Positions 47,175 through 55,313 of a DNA stretch of 59,143 nucleotides are shown in pieces. The notes beneath the pieces are model-generated. The model was not told where the DNA came from. It did not search any database and was given only the letters and a program-made list of their open reading frames with translations. The stretch lies in IMG/VR virus record IMGVR_UViG_3300047462_000311; one strand, 5' to 3'. The stretch's first letter is position 1. Each line of letters begins with the position of its first letter. Both the position numbers and the translations under genes were made by a program. The stretch is from a virus.

Positions 47175-48583
47175 GGAGCGAAAGCCAAACAGACAGGCCC
47201 CTCCCGCAGAACCTCGACGCGGAAAGAGCGATCCTCGGAGCGATGCTAGTGGACAACGAGAGCATCCCGGCAATGTCGGAGTTCCTGGACGGCGGCGATT
47301 TCTTCCTGCCACAGCATCGCGCGATATATAACGCATGCCAGGCTCTTTACGCATCTGGTTCGGCGGTTGACCTGGTGCTGCTCTGCGAGGCCTTGCGGAC
47401 CAGCGGAGAGCTCGAAAAGGCTGGAGGCGTTCCCTACGTAAGTGCTCTTGGGGATGGCATCCCGCGCATTTCCGATGTGAAGCATCACGCCAAAGTGGTG
47501 CGCGAGGCTGCGCGGAGGCGGAGAGTGATTTATCTCTGCCATGCGGTCCAGGAAGCCGCGTTTGCCGGTGAAGAGAGCGCACAGAAGATTCTGGAGAACG
47601 GAGCAAGCGAATTTCTTTCGCTGATGAGCCAGCACGGAAGCGCGTCGATGCCGAGCACGTGGGAAAGCGCGGTTATGGGCGCGATGGACGAAATCACGGA
47701 GGCCATCAAGAATCCCGGAAGCACTATGCGCCTGAAATGCGGCGTCGCGGCGCTTGATGATCATCTGGGCGGCTTGCGCCGCGAGCTCGTTTTGGGTGTT
47801 GGCATGACCTCGCATGGGAAATCCCTGCTAGCCATGCAGTTTGCGATCAACGGCGACAATCAGGGATTCAAGGGGTTGATTTTTAGCGCGGAGATGACGA
47901 AAGAGGCCCTCGCTGAACGTGAGCTATCACACGCTTCTGGCGTGCCGCTGTACCTGCTGCGACGCCCGGAGATGATCGAGAGTCCGCGAAGCATTATTGA
48001 GAGTCTAGTGGCCGCTGCCGCTAAGGAGACGGGCCGCCGTTTGCTTGTTGTGGACCGCGATATCACGCCCAAGCGGCTTTGGGCGCTATGCGAGCTCGTG
48101 CATAAGCGCAACGGCCTGGATTTTGTAATTGTCGATTACGACCAGCTTGTGGTTCGCGCGGGGCTAAAGACGCGAGACGATGAGTTTCGGGCGCAAGCTG
48201 AATTTATGGCCGATGCCCTGGCGCTCCAGAAACGGCTGAATATCTGTTTCATGCTGCTCTGCCAGCCGCGCAAGGTCGATGAAGACGTGGCGCGGGGGCG
48301 AAAGCCGCCGCGAATCGAGCAGATCTTCGGTTCGAGTGCGGCTGGAAATACGGCCCATGTCGTCTGGTGGATCATGCGGGAGTTCTTCTTGCATGGCATG
48401 GACCCGGAGTACGAGAACAGAGCAACTGCATACATCCTGAAAGCCCGCAATGACCGAACAGGTGTTGTGCGTTTCGGTTTTGACGACAAGACTGTGCTGT
48501 TTACAAACGATTCATGGCATCCGAAGCCGAAAACCGGGAAAAACGGACGGATGAGGGGTACGGACGACGATGATGCTCAATAA
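47171..48583 (+). CDS. dnaB: Replicative DNA helicase DnaB
   Basis: N-terminal PQNLDAERAILGAML, Walker A-like GMTSHGKS, Walker B-like FVIVDYDQL. 470 aa. Confidence 0.9.
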   Translation: MRSESQTDRPLPQNLDAERAILGAMLVDNESIPAMSEFLDGGDFFLPQHRAIYNACQALYASGSAVDLVLLCEALRTSGELEKAGGVPYVSALGDGIPRISDVKHHAKVVREAARRRRVIYLCHAVQEAAFAGEESAQKILENGASEFLSLMSQHGSASMPSTWESAVMGAMDEITEAIKNPGSTMRLKCGVAALDDHLGGLRRELVLGVGMTSHGKSLLAMQFAINGDNQGFKGLIFSAEMTKEALAERELSHASGVPLYLLRRPEMIESPRSIIESLVAAAAKETGRRLLVVDRDITPKRLWALCELVHKRNGLDFVIVDYDQLVVRAGLKTRDDEFRAQAEFMADALALQKRLNICFMLLCQPRKVDEDVARGRKPPRIEQIFGSSAAGNTAHVVWWIMREFFLHGMDPEYENRATAYILKARNDRTGVVRFGFDDKTVLFTNDSWHPKPKTGKNGRMRGTDDDDAQ

Positions 48584-49256
48584 AACCATCGCTGCTGCTA
48601 ATAGGGGGCCGCTGGACGCGACGTACGCGGCGGATAGGGGTAAGGGTGCTGCCACACCAGAAGAAGCCCGCAAATTGACAGCAAACGTCAAAGAGCGATT
48701 CCAAGAGATAGGCATTCAGTGGCTGGAGCTTGGCGGCATGGTTAGGGCTTGCCTAGATCGCCGAGTACCAGAGGTACTGGGTATTACCACCCTCGATTGG
48801 ATGAAGCTGTGCTTCGATAAGAGCGTTCCCAAGATATACAGATCGCTGCGAATTGTTAGTGCGCTTGATGGTGTTCCGCTCGAAACGCTGAAAGAAATTT
48901 CCGAGGGCAACGCGTACGAGCTATCGCGCCTGCCAGCGGAAAAGCGCAAGTCCGGCACATGGCTCGGCTTGGCCGAGAACACGCCCAATGAGGCCTTCAA
49001 GGCAATGGTGGACGAGGCCCTAGGACAGAAGAGCTCTCTAACCAAGCCGGAAGGATGGACGGAATTTCGGCTTCGCGGTCCCGACTCGATGATCCAGTCC
49101 ATGCAGCGGGCAGAACAGAAAGTATGCGCGATGTTGCACATTGACGATGACGCGAGATGGAAGGCATGGGAGGCCATCGCGGCGCTGATTGAAACGACGC
49201 CGGAAGAGCATTTGGTTGTCGAGATGGAGGGCGAAGACAGTGGCGGACAGGCGTGA
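48570..49256 (+). CDS. Hypothetical protein (228 aa)
   Basis: Overlaps the dnaB end by 14 nt. Protein-like helical composition. Confidence 0.55.
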   Translation: MMLNKTIAAANRGPLDATYAADRGKGAATPEEARKLTANVKERFQEIGIQWLELGGMVRACLDRRVPEVLGITTLDWMKLCFDKSVPKIYRSLRIVSALDGVPLETLKEISEGNAYELSRLPAEKRKSGTWLGLAENTPNEAFKAMVDEALGQKSSLTKPEGWTEFRLRGPDSMIQSMQRAEQKVCAMLHIDDDARWKAWEAIAALIETTPEEHLVVEMEGEDSGGQA

Positions 49257-49375
49257 CTACGATACATTCTGCCGCGAGCTGGCTGCTGCGCTTGATCGCG
49301 ACGTGTCAGAGACGCGTATCGCCATCAGGCGTGCCATGCAAGCCGTGCGGGAGACTACACAAATGGGGAGGAAAC

Positions 49376-49672
49376 ATGGCCCGCGAAAATCAACTCGATA
49401 TCAAGGAATTGGGGGGCGACAAATTCCAGATCGAGTTTCCTTTCAACCAAGACTACATAGACTTCATCAAGTGGAGAGTTCCGGCGGCGGACCGGAGATA
49501 CGACGAGGCAACGAAGACTTGGCTGATCCGGGGAGAGCGCTATATTGGGCCGCTGGAGAGCGTGGGAATGCAGAGGTTCCGCCACGTGACGAGGATATTT
49601 TGGCGGGGAAGCTCACTGGTAATTCGCAATGCGAGAACGGGAACGGAGAGCATTCAGGGAGCGCTGTTCTAA
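49376..49672 (+). CDS. Hypothetical protein, HARP-like N-terminal motif (98 aa)
   Basis: GGGGAGGAAAC before the ATG. FQIEFPFNQDYIDFIKWRVPAADRRYDEATKTWLI resembles HARP-type modules. The C-terminal 30 aa look poor. Confidence 0.45.
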   Translation: MARENQLDIKELGGDKFQIEFPFNQDYIDFIKWRVPAADRRYDEATKTWLIRGERYIGPLESVGMQRFRHVTRIFWRGSSLVIRNARTGTESIQGALF

Positions 49673-49789
49673 ACCTTAGAATCCGCGATGAGCGTCTCCC
49701 GGCGCCGTATCCCGGCTGCTGGATAAAGCGAGAGTGGGTAAGGGAGTACAAGAGGGTGTATATGCGGATCCAAAGGGAAAGGGAAGCTT

Positions 49790-50143
49790 GTGCATACGAG
49801 ACCACACAGGCGTGACGCTAGCGCAACCCGCATGGCGAATTTCTTGAGCCGCCATAGCTATGTGAGCACTCGCATACATCCGGGCACGGAAGCTCAGCAA
49901 TGCGAGTATTTGGCTGGGAAAGACTGCGAAGCGCGAAGGAAGCAGGTTTTCAGGCGAGACCTGATGCGCTGCGTTGTTTGCGGGCAGCCCGTGAATCCCA
50001 GACTGCCTGAATGGCACAACGAAGCTGCCCATCTAGCGCATGGTGGCCACACAAAGGCGCAGCGCTGCTGGTGCCCGCAGAATCTATCCCTGAAGCATAA
50101 GCGCTGCCATTCCGAAAGTGACCATCACGGGAGGCTTGGATGA
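49790..50143 (+). CDS. HNH endonuclease candidate (start GTG 49790 or ATG 49832)
   Basis: Cys pairs CEYLAGKDC and CVVCG, then HNEAAHLAHGGH and NLSLKHKRCH. Confidence 0.45.
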   Translation: MHTRPHRRDASATRMANFLSRHSYVSTRIHPGTEAQQCEYLAGKDCEARRKQVFRRDLMRCVVCGQPVNPRLPEWHNEAAHLAHGGHTKAQRCWCPQNLSLKHKRCHSESDHHGRLG

Positions 50144-50457
50144 GCCCCGTAGAGCGAAGCATGAAGCATCTGCGCGGCGCGGGCTGGACGGTTTGCGTAG
50201 TAGAAAGATTCAATCGTTTCGCGTGCGTGCGCCAAGATGCTTTCGGCTTTGGCGATCTATTAGCCGTGCGTGCTGGCCAGATCGCGCTGATCCAGACGAC
50301 CACGGCAAGCAATATGGCGGCTCGGAGAAAAAAGATTCTCAGCCTTGACGGCTACGGCGCGTGGAAGGCGGGAAACGGACTCTGCATACTTCACGGCTGG
50401 CGAGCTGCGAAGCGTGGCCGCCGTAAGGTGTGGGAGGTTAGAGAAGAATTGCTGTAA
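50140..50457 (+). CDS. Small nuclease-fold protein, Holliday-junction-resolvase-like (105 aa)
   Basis: ATGA start. KHLRGAGWTV..GFGDLLAVRAGQIALIQTT recalls the VRR-NUC/Hjc-type layout, but no clear E-x-K. Confidence 0.35.
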   Translation: MSPVERSMKHLRGAGWTVCVVERFNRFACVRQDAFGFGDLLAVRAGQIALIQTTTASNMAARRKKILSLDGYGAWKAGNGLCILHGWRAAKRGRRKVWEVREELL

Positions 50458-50473
50458 CGAGAGGAGAGTGGGC

Positions 50474-50797
50474 ATGAAGTGGGCACTGTGGGCACTGATG
50501 ATATGGACAGCAGGGACAATAGCCACCTCAAGCATGATCAATGGCATATCCGTAGAGAAGACCATTGCCAGAGACAGCGGCAACACGGTGGCTCTTCTGA
50601 TCAAAAACGACACAAAAGAACACGTGAAGGTGATCGAAGCACGGGCGTGTGACGACTGGAAGTCATGCGAGACAGTCTACGTGAAGGGTGATTTCCGGCC
50701 AGGCACGCGGAGTTGGTCAGAGGATTTTAACCTGAAGGAATCTATGCGCTTGCTAGTGTTAGTGCGCGTGCAAAGCATTGAGGAGGCGGCCCGATGA
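50474..50797 (+). CDS. Exported or membrane-anchored small protein (107 aa)
   Basis: GGAGAG upstream. N-terminal WALWALMIWTAGTIATSS hydrophobic segment. Confidence 0.5.
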   Translation: MKWALWALMIWTAGTIATSSMINGISVEKTIARDSGNTVALLIKNDTKEHVKVIEARACDDWKSCETVYVKGDFRPGTRSWSEDFNLKESMRLLVLVRVQSIEEAAR

Positions 50798-51135
50798 TTC
50801 TCAGCGTAACTCGCAGGCACATCGCAAAAGCGAAGAAATTGCAAAAATCGAAGGGTTACCTCCCCTGGTCTCAGTGTCCAATTGCGCTTGCTTTGCTCGA
50901 TGCGGGATTCGAGGGAAAGAGATTCCGCGACCGTCTGTAGAAAGGCCTGTTTACAAGCCGCAGGTGCGTGAACTGCTATCGCGCAGACGCGCAGATTCTG
51001 GAAGCGCATAAAGAGGCCGCCAAAGAGGGCTGTGTGCGCTTGCGCTGGCGGTGCTCTAACCCCGGATGCGCCGCCGTATCAGAAGAGGTTGTGCTTGAAG
51101 CGGTTGTAGATCCATCGCCGATTATTCATACTTGA
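50794..51135 (+). pseudogene. 113-codon reading frame interrupted by one in-frame TAG (50938..50940)
   Basis: GAGGAGG 7 nt before ATG 50794. The 48-aa N-part (..SQCPIALALLDAG..) is followed, in the same frame, by 64 open codons with CxxC..C..C, up to TGA 51133..51135. Confidence 0.4.
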
Positions 51136-51160
51136 CAGACAGTGTGCAATCGCATATCAT
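51132..51160 (+). promoter_or_regulatory. Sigma70-like promoter (TTGACA-N17-TATCAT)
   Basis: -35 at 51132..51137 and -10 at 51155..51160. About 100 nt of structured leader lies before ATG 51267. Confidence 0.65.
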
Positions 51161-51266
51161 AGCAATTGTTTGTACACCCCCGCCCACGGGTGAGTTGTTA
51201 GTTGTTTGGGTCAACTGCAAGGCCGGGGTGTCGATTCGATTGTATACAGGGACCCCAGCCCCACAC

Positions 51267-51584
51267 ATGAGGCGTCGCAGACATAGCTTCTGCTTGGTTG
51301 GCTGCGCAGGCTACGACAGCTCACTCCTCGAGAGGCATGAGCTCCACGGCCATATCGGATGGAAAGAGGTAAATCGGCTGTGGAGTGAGGGTTTTCTGCA
51401 ACCCCTGTCCGGAGATGGCTCGCCGTATCTGTTCGAGTGGCTAATACCCGGACGCGTCATCCGCTTTAAGCGCCGCATGATCATCCGCGATCTATCGAGT
51501 CGTTTCGGCGAGGTAATTGAGAGGGCCGTGCGGAATCGAGAGACCTGGGCGATGTGCTGGCTAAGCCTTGTCCAGATGCGATGA
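51267..51584 (+). CDS. Hypothetical protein (105 aa)
   Basis: First ATG downstream of the promoter in the long frame. No SD seen. Confidence 0.45.
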   Translation: MRRRRHSFCLVGCAGYDSSLLERHELHGHIGWKEVNRLWSEGFLQPLSGDGSPYLFEWLIPGRVIRFKRRMIIRDLSSRFGEVIERAVRNRETWAMCWLSLVQMR

Positions 51585-51601
51585 TTTCTAAGGATTAGAA
51601 A

Positions 51602-51802
51602 ATGAAGCGAATCACAAAGATTATGATTGCGCTGGCCGGCCTGTTTGGGGCCGCAGTGCAGTTCCTGAGCGATAGCTCGGTTCAGCAGGCGATAGCTGGC
51701 TATCTTCTGCCGATTTTGCGAGCCCATCCGAAGCTGTCAGCGCTCGCCACATCAATTGCCGCGATTCTCGCATTGGCCCACAACCCACAAGAGAGAGGTT
51801 AA
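51602..51802 (+). CDS. Small membrane protein (66 aa)
   Basis: AAGGA upstream. Two hydrophobic segments (IMIALAGLFGAAV and LSALATSIAAILALA). Confidence 0.55.
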   Translation: MKRITKIMIALAGLFGAAVQFLSDSSVQQAIAGYLLPILRAHPKLSALATSIAAILALAHNPQERG

Positions 51803-51803
51803 C

Positions 51804-52334
51804 ATGAAATACGCGAAGAGTTTTCTGGCGGTTGTCTTGTGCCTGGCGATCACCGTCTACGGATGCACAACGGGATGGATTAGCCAGGCCCTTGCGGACT
51901 TGCCTGTGGTGCTGAACATCGTGACGGCGATCCTCTCGCTGACAGACGTCAAGGCAGTGCCGCAAGCGCAAGCTGCCGGAGCCCAGGCCGAAACGGACTT
52001 GCAGAATTTGCAGAAGTTTCTGAGCGACTATCAGGCGGCCAAGGACGCTGCCACGCAGCGCGACGCCCTGACCAATGTGCAAGCGGCATTGCAGGCGGCG
52101 GATCAAGACTTATCCGCGATTCTTGCCGCAGTGCATATTCAGAACCCAGCGAAGCAGGCGGCTATTGCAGCGGCGGTTGGGGTAGCACTGAGCGTTGTGG
52201 TAAGCGTCGAGTCACTGCTGCCGGGAAGTGCGCCGAAAGCCGCCCAAGCGGTTAAGTTGCCCTCGCCGAAAGACTTGCGTCACCGTTTCAACTCTGCCGT
52301 ATCCGGTGCTTATCCCGAGGCCACCCTGAAGTGA
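51804..52334 (+). CDS. Lipoprotein (176 aa)
   Basis: GAGAGAGG upstream. Signal plus lipobox-like AITVYG-C. Ala/Gln-rich helical mature part. Confidence 0.6.
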   Translation: MKYAKSFLAVVLCLAITVYGCTTGWISQALADLPVVLNIVTAILSLTDVKAVPQAQAAGAQAETDLQNLQKFLSDYQAAKDAATQRDALTNVQAALQAADQDLSAILAAVHIQNPAKQAAIAAAVGVALSVVVSVESLLPGSAPKAAQAVKLPSPKDLRHRFNSAVSGAYPEATLK

Positions 52335-53101
52335 AACTCGGTAAGCTCGCGCCCCGCGCAGACGTTCGCACACTGCGCTTAGTCCATTATCTCGACAGCG
52401 ACATCCCCGCCCCGCCGCCAGCGGTAGATTGGTCTGGCGCGGTGACGTGGTGGGGCATGATGGCCAATGACGTGATTGGCGATTGCACGATCGCCGCCGC
52501 TGGGCATCTGCTTGAGGGATGGACGGCCAACAACGGTACGGAGGTCATCCCTGCCGACGCTGACATTGTCGCGGCCTATTCAGCGGTCAGTGGATATGTA
52601 CCAGATGATCCGGTGACGGATCGGGGGGCGGTCGAGCTCGACGTGCTGAATTATTGGCGGCAGGAAGGGATTGCCGGCCACCGCATCTATGCCTATGCGT
52701 CTCTGGATGTGGGAAATATAGAGCACATCAAGCAGGCCGTCTATCTTTTTGGCGGATGCTACATCGGCTTGGCGCTTCCGCTGTCGGCGCAAGGACAAGA
52801 TGTATGGGATACCACGGGACTAGGCGCGTGGCTAGGCCGTGTCTTTCTGTCGCGGAAACATCTCGATCCCACTCCTGGATCGTGGGGCGGCCACGCCGTT
52901 TCGATTGTCGGATACGACGCAGATGGCCTCACGTGCGTGACGTGGGGAGCGCGGAAGCGCATGACGTGGTCATTTTGGCGGCGTTACTGCGATGAGGCAT
53001 ACGCAGTGCTGAGTACGGACTGGATACCAGAGGGACGCGAAGTGCGCGGATTCTATTTCGACGAGCTCCAGCAGGACCTCGAATGCCTTACGACGAAGTG
53101 A
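52331..53101 (+). CDS. Papain-like cysteine peptidase candidate (256 aa, GTG start)
   Basis: NDVIGDCTIAAAGH (nucleophile Cys context) and WGGHAVSIVGYDADG (His context). Coupled to the lipoprotein gene by a GTGA overlap. Confidence 0.55.
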   Translation: MKLGKLAPRADVRTLRLVHYLDSDIPAPPPAVDWSGAVTWWGMMANDVIGDCTIAAAGHLLEGWTANNGTEVIPADADIVAAYSAVSGYVPDDPVTDRGAVELDVLNYWRQEGIAGHRIYAYASLDVGNIEHIKQAVYLFGGCYIGLALPLSAQGQDVWDTTGLGAWLGRVFLSRKHLDPTPGSWGGHAVSIVGYDADGLTCVTWGARKRMTWSFWRRYCDEAYAVLSTDWIPEGREVRGFYFDELQQDLECLTTK

Positions 53102-53274
53102 TGCGGAAGTGGAAAGCTGGCACGCTCAAATCGGGTTCCGGCGGTCGTGTGGTTAGCCGCAAGCAGGCAATAGCGATCATGCTCAGCGAAAAGCGCAAGG
53201 CAGAGGGTGGCAACAGGGAGTATATGCCACGGCGGAAAGGTAGATTTCTTAAGATGGCGAGGAAGATGGCATGA
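53083..53274 (+). CDS. Small basic protein (63 aa), DUF6496-like
   Basis: KWKAGTLKSGSGGRVVSRKQAIAIMLSEKRKA resembles a widespread small-protein family. Unverified. Confidence 0.5.
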   Translation: MPYDEVMRKWKAGTLKSGSGGRVVSRKQAIAIMLSEKRKAEGGNREYMPRRKGRFLKMARKMA

Positions 53275-53462
53275 TGAAACATCCAGGTTTCAAGGCGGTC
53301 CAAGCCAAGATAGCCAAGGAAGGGATCTCGAGGGATCGCGCGGGAGCCATTCTGGCGAGCGCCACTCGTCACGCCAGTGCTGCGGCGAAGCGGGCGAATC
53401 CACGGCTAAAGCGTGTAAAGGCGAAGTCGCGGTACCATCGCATGGCTCGCGCGATGGGTTGA
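53271..53462 (+). CDS. Small basic protein (63 aa)
   Basis: ATGA start. HPGFKAVQAKIAKEGISRDRAGAILASATR. C-terminus resembles the previous ORF (KMARKMA versus RMARAMG). Confidence 0.5.
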   Translation: MMKHPGFKAVQAKIAKEGISRDRAGAILASATRHASAAAKRANPRLKRVKAKSRYHRMARAMG

Positions 53463-53484
53463 TTGATTGAGTAAGTGATTGAGT

Positions 53485-53504
53485 TTCCCCATGCCCACGG
53501 GGAA
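53485..53504. terminator. Bidirectional hairpin between convergent units
   Basis: TTCCCC-ATGCCCAC-GGGGAA. Lies between the 53462 (+) stop and the 53519 (-) stop. Confidence 0.5.
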
Positions 53505-53518
53505 CGGTCAGACTACCC

Positions 53519-53818
53519 CTACCCCTTTTCATGGTCTGACCTTGGCGGCGGCTGACCTACACAGCCGCCGCCATCCTCTTTCCGTCGCCGCCTCCGCAAG
53601 CGATACCAGGCGGCTTGCCGGCTGATACCGAGTCTTGCAGCGAGCTCACCGACTTCGGTTCGCGGTCGTCCTCGTTTTTTTGGCGGACGAAGGGGATACC
53701 AAGAGCATCCCTCCGTCGAGCATACATGCTCATACCGCTTGCCGCACGAACACGTCCACCGCTGCCCATCGCGGTGGGGGAGCTGGGCCTTGGCGAGCTC
53801 TTCTGTGCATTTATGCAT
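53519..53818 (-). CDS. Zn-ribbon plus HTH DNA-binding protein (99 aa)
   Basis: GGAG 7 nt upstream. CSCG..C..C cysteines, then VGELAARLGISRQAAWYRLRR. Confidence 0.6.
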   Translation of the reverse strand: MHKCTEELAKAQLPHRDGQRWTCSCGKRYEHVCSTEGCSWYPLRPPKKRGRPRTEVGELAARLGISRQAAWYRLRRRRRKEDGGGCVGQPPPRSDHEKG

Positions 53819-53939
53819 TACACCGCTCCATTGTGTGAACTATCTTATAGCTGTGGCTCAGACGGATGCGCCCTCACGGTGGACGGATACGCGCCAGCAG
53901 GCATCTCGTCCGCGCCGCGAATGGGCATCAGCACCGCAG

Positions 53940-54062
53940 TCATGCCTTGGCCGTCGCGCGAGGCATCCATGCGGATTGCTTCGTGCGAGTCCTTTCCTCG
54001 TGCTCGCGCAAAAACAACACGTCGAGCAAGATGAGAACGGCGAAGATGGCGATGTCGAGCAT
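53940..54062 (-). CDS. Small TM protein (40 aa)
   Basis: AAGGAG 8 nt before ATG 54062. MLDIAIFAVLILLDVLFL. Below the ORF-track cutoff. Confidence 0.4.
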   Translation of the reverse strand: MLDIAIFAVLILLDVLFLREHEERTRTKQSAWMPRATAKA

Positions 54063-54093
54063 GGTCATTTCTCCTTGCAGATTGGGCAGCGCG

Positions 54094-54393
54094 TCAGCTA
54101 AAGAACGCGTCGCGTGCGAGGGCGGGCGGCGCGCATTCCTCGTGATAGCAGCGCTTCTCCGAGCACCCAGGCTTCCCAGGTGCGAACTCGGATTCCTCGA
54201 CTCTCACCTGGAGGATGATTTGCTCGCCATCGTCGAATGGCTCGCCACAGACCTTACAGCGCGGCTGTTTGCGGACGTACCATACGGCGTCTTGGGTCTG
54301 ATTTCCGCTTGTGCTCGCCTCTTCGCCGACGATGCGAAGCGTGACATACTGCGTGGTTTGACCAATCTGGTCCAGCATTTCCCTGATTGTCAT
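54094..54393 (-). CDS. Zn-ribbon protein (99 aa)
   Basis: GAGGAG 8 nt upstream. ATGA coupling to the upstream gene. CKVCG and C..C pairs. Confidence 0.55.
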   Translation of the reverse strand: MTIREMLDQIGQTTQYVTLRIVGEEASTSGNQTQDAVWYVRKQPRCKVCGEPFDDGEQIILQVRVEESEFAPGKPGCSEKRCYHEECAPPALARDAFFS

Positions 54394-54890
54394 TGCTCTG
54401 ACTCCTCTGGTAGCTCGAATGTGACTGTGTCGTGCTCGCCTGGATTCCTCTGCCGTCCCACTGACACCTTCGTGCGGATGAGTCCGCAATGCTTGCAGTG
54501 AGAGCGAGACGAGTATCGCGTCCCACCGAGAGCATAGACACCTGGATTCTCGTCGCAGCCGCCTTCTCCATCGGCGGTAAACTCATGGTCGCAATCTGGA
54601 TCGGCTCCCGCCTGGCGCATCAATGCTTCCTCGTTCGCGGGGACTTCGACGGTCACCCGCGTGCGCGGGAAAGTGCGTCCTTCGTCTTCGAGGGTGTACC
54701 ACGCAAGGACTGACGCGCCCTCGTCACCCCAATCTCCGTCCATGATCCAGTCCTTCACGATCTGGACGGCCTGGCGCCTGGCCTCTTCGTCCTGCTCATC
54801 CGCTTCGCCGGGAGGAACGGTGATTTCTGCCGTTTCCTCACCGCCGCCCTCGGCCTCCATAAGGACGGTGTACTGTCTCTCTTCTCTCAT
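54390..54890 (-). CDS. Acidic protein with C-terminal Zn-ribbon domain (166 aa); its 3' part carries the 149-nt repeat
   Basis: GAGGAGGAG upstream. The C-terminus DHEFTADGEGGCDENPGVYALGGTRYSSRSHCKHCG.. is paralogous to the junction-spanning 79-aa protein. Confidence 0.65.
   Translation of the reverse strand: MREERQYTVLMEAEGGGEETAEITVPPGEADEQDEEARRQAVQIVKDWIMDGDWGDEGASVLAWYTLEDEGRTFPRTRVTVEVPANEEALMRQAGADPDCDHEFTADGEGGCDENPGVYALGGTRYSSRSHCKHCGLIRTKVSVGRQRNPGEHDTVTFELPEESEQ
54412..54560. repeat. Internal 149-nt direct repeat, identical to 1..149
   Basis: 54412..54560 matches 1..149 exactly. The first mismatch is a150 versus g54561. The flanks stay homologous in frame but are diverged. Confidence 0.95.
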
Positions 54891-54952
54891 TGCTGCTCCT
54901 CCTCTTCGAGGTCTCAGCCGATGGCCGATACCTCTGCCGCGTGACTATGCGC

Positions 54953-54981
54953 ATAGTACATGACTACCTTACGGGTGTCAA
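54953..54981 (-). promoter_or_regulatory. Leftward sigma70-like promoter (TTGACA-N17-TACTAT)
   Basis: On the minus strand the -35 is at 54981..54976 and the -10 at 54958..54953. Confidence 0.6.
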
Positions 54982-55049
54982 GTGAAAAATGAGGGGTGGC
55001 GCAAAATTTTTGAAGAAAAGGCGAAAGTATATAACGTCAATATTGTCAA

Positions 55050-55313
55050 TTAGATGCGAAGGTGTTGCGAATGCCGGATGGCCCTGCGCATCCGCTCGAC
55101 TTTCCGCCAATCTGGATCAGATTTGAGCCTGGTCAGCTCGCGCGGTGATGCACGCCGCAGCCGCAGCTCTCTATCGAAGACAGAGACCTCCGCGCAGCGA
55201 AGACACAGACTTATGTCGCCTGGTTTCGGCGGAACATCGTCAGTCGTTGCGCACCGGTTGCAGCGATGGCCGCAAAACGGGCATTGCTGTTCGAAAATCG
55301 TGTGCTCCTTCAT
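55050..55313 (-). CDS. Zn-ribbon protein (87 aa)
   Basis: AGGAGA 7 nt upstream. ATGA coupling. CPFCGHRCNRC and CLRC. Confidence 0.55.
   Translation of the reverse strand: MKEHTIFEQQCPFCGHRCNRCATTDDVPPKPGDISLCLRCAEVSVFDRELRLRRASPRELTRLKSDPDWRKVERMRRAIRHSQHLRI

Noticed and set aside
49189-49815. 208-aa ORF overlapping 49376..49672 in another frame
   Set aside because: It has an Arg/Gly-rich, low-complexity translation and no SD. The competing frame has a strong GGGGAGG RBS and a recognisable N-terminal motif. However, 49673..49789 is covered only by this frame, so a frameshift or a small downstream ORF cannot be excluded.
50938-50940. Genome-wide TAG reassignment or suppressor-tRNA recoding
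   Set aside because: TAG terminates several well-defined genes (for example 8207..8209, 14013..14015 and 44933..44935). The two phage tRNAs have CCA and CAU anticodons, not CUA.
51132-51266. TTG-initiated N-terminal extension of 51267..51584
   Set aside because: The TTG coincides with the -35 hexamer of a strong promoter, so the extension would lie upstream of the transcription start.
53866-54501. 211-aa plus-strand ORF in the leftward block
   Set aside because: It is antisense to three RBS-supported, ATGA-coupled minus-strand genes. Its translation is Arg/Ala/Ser-rich with no motif.
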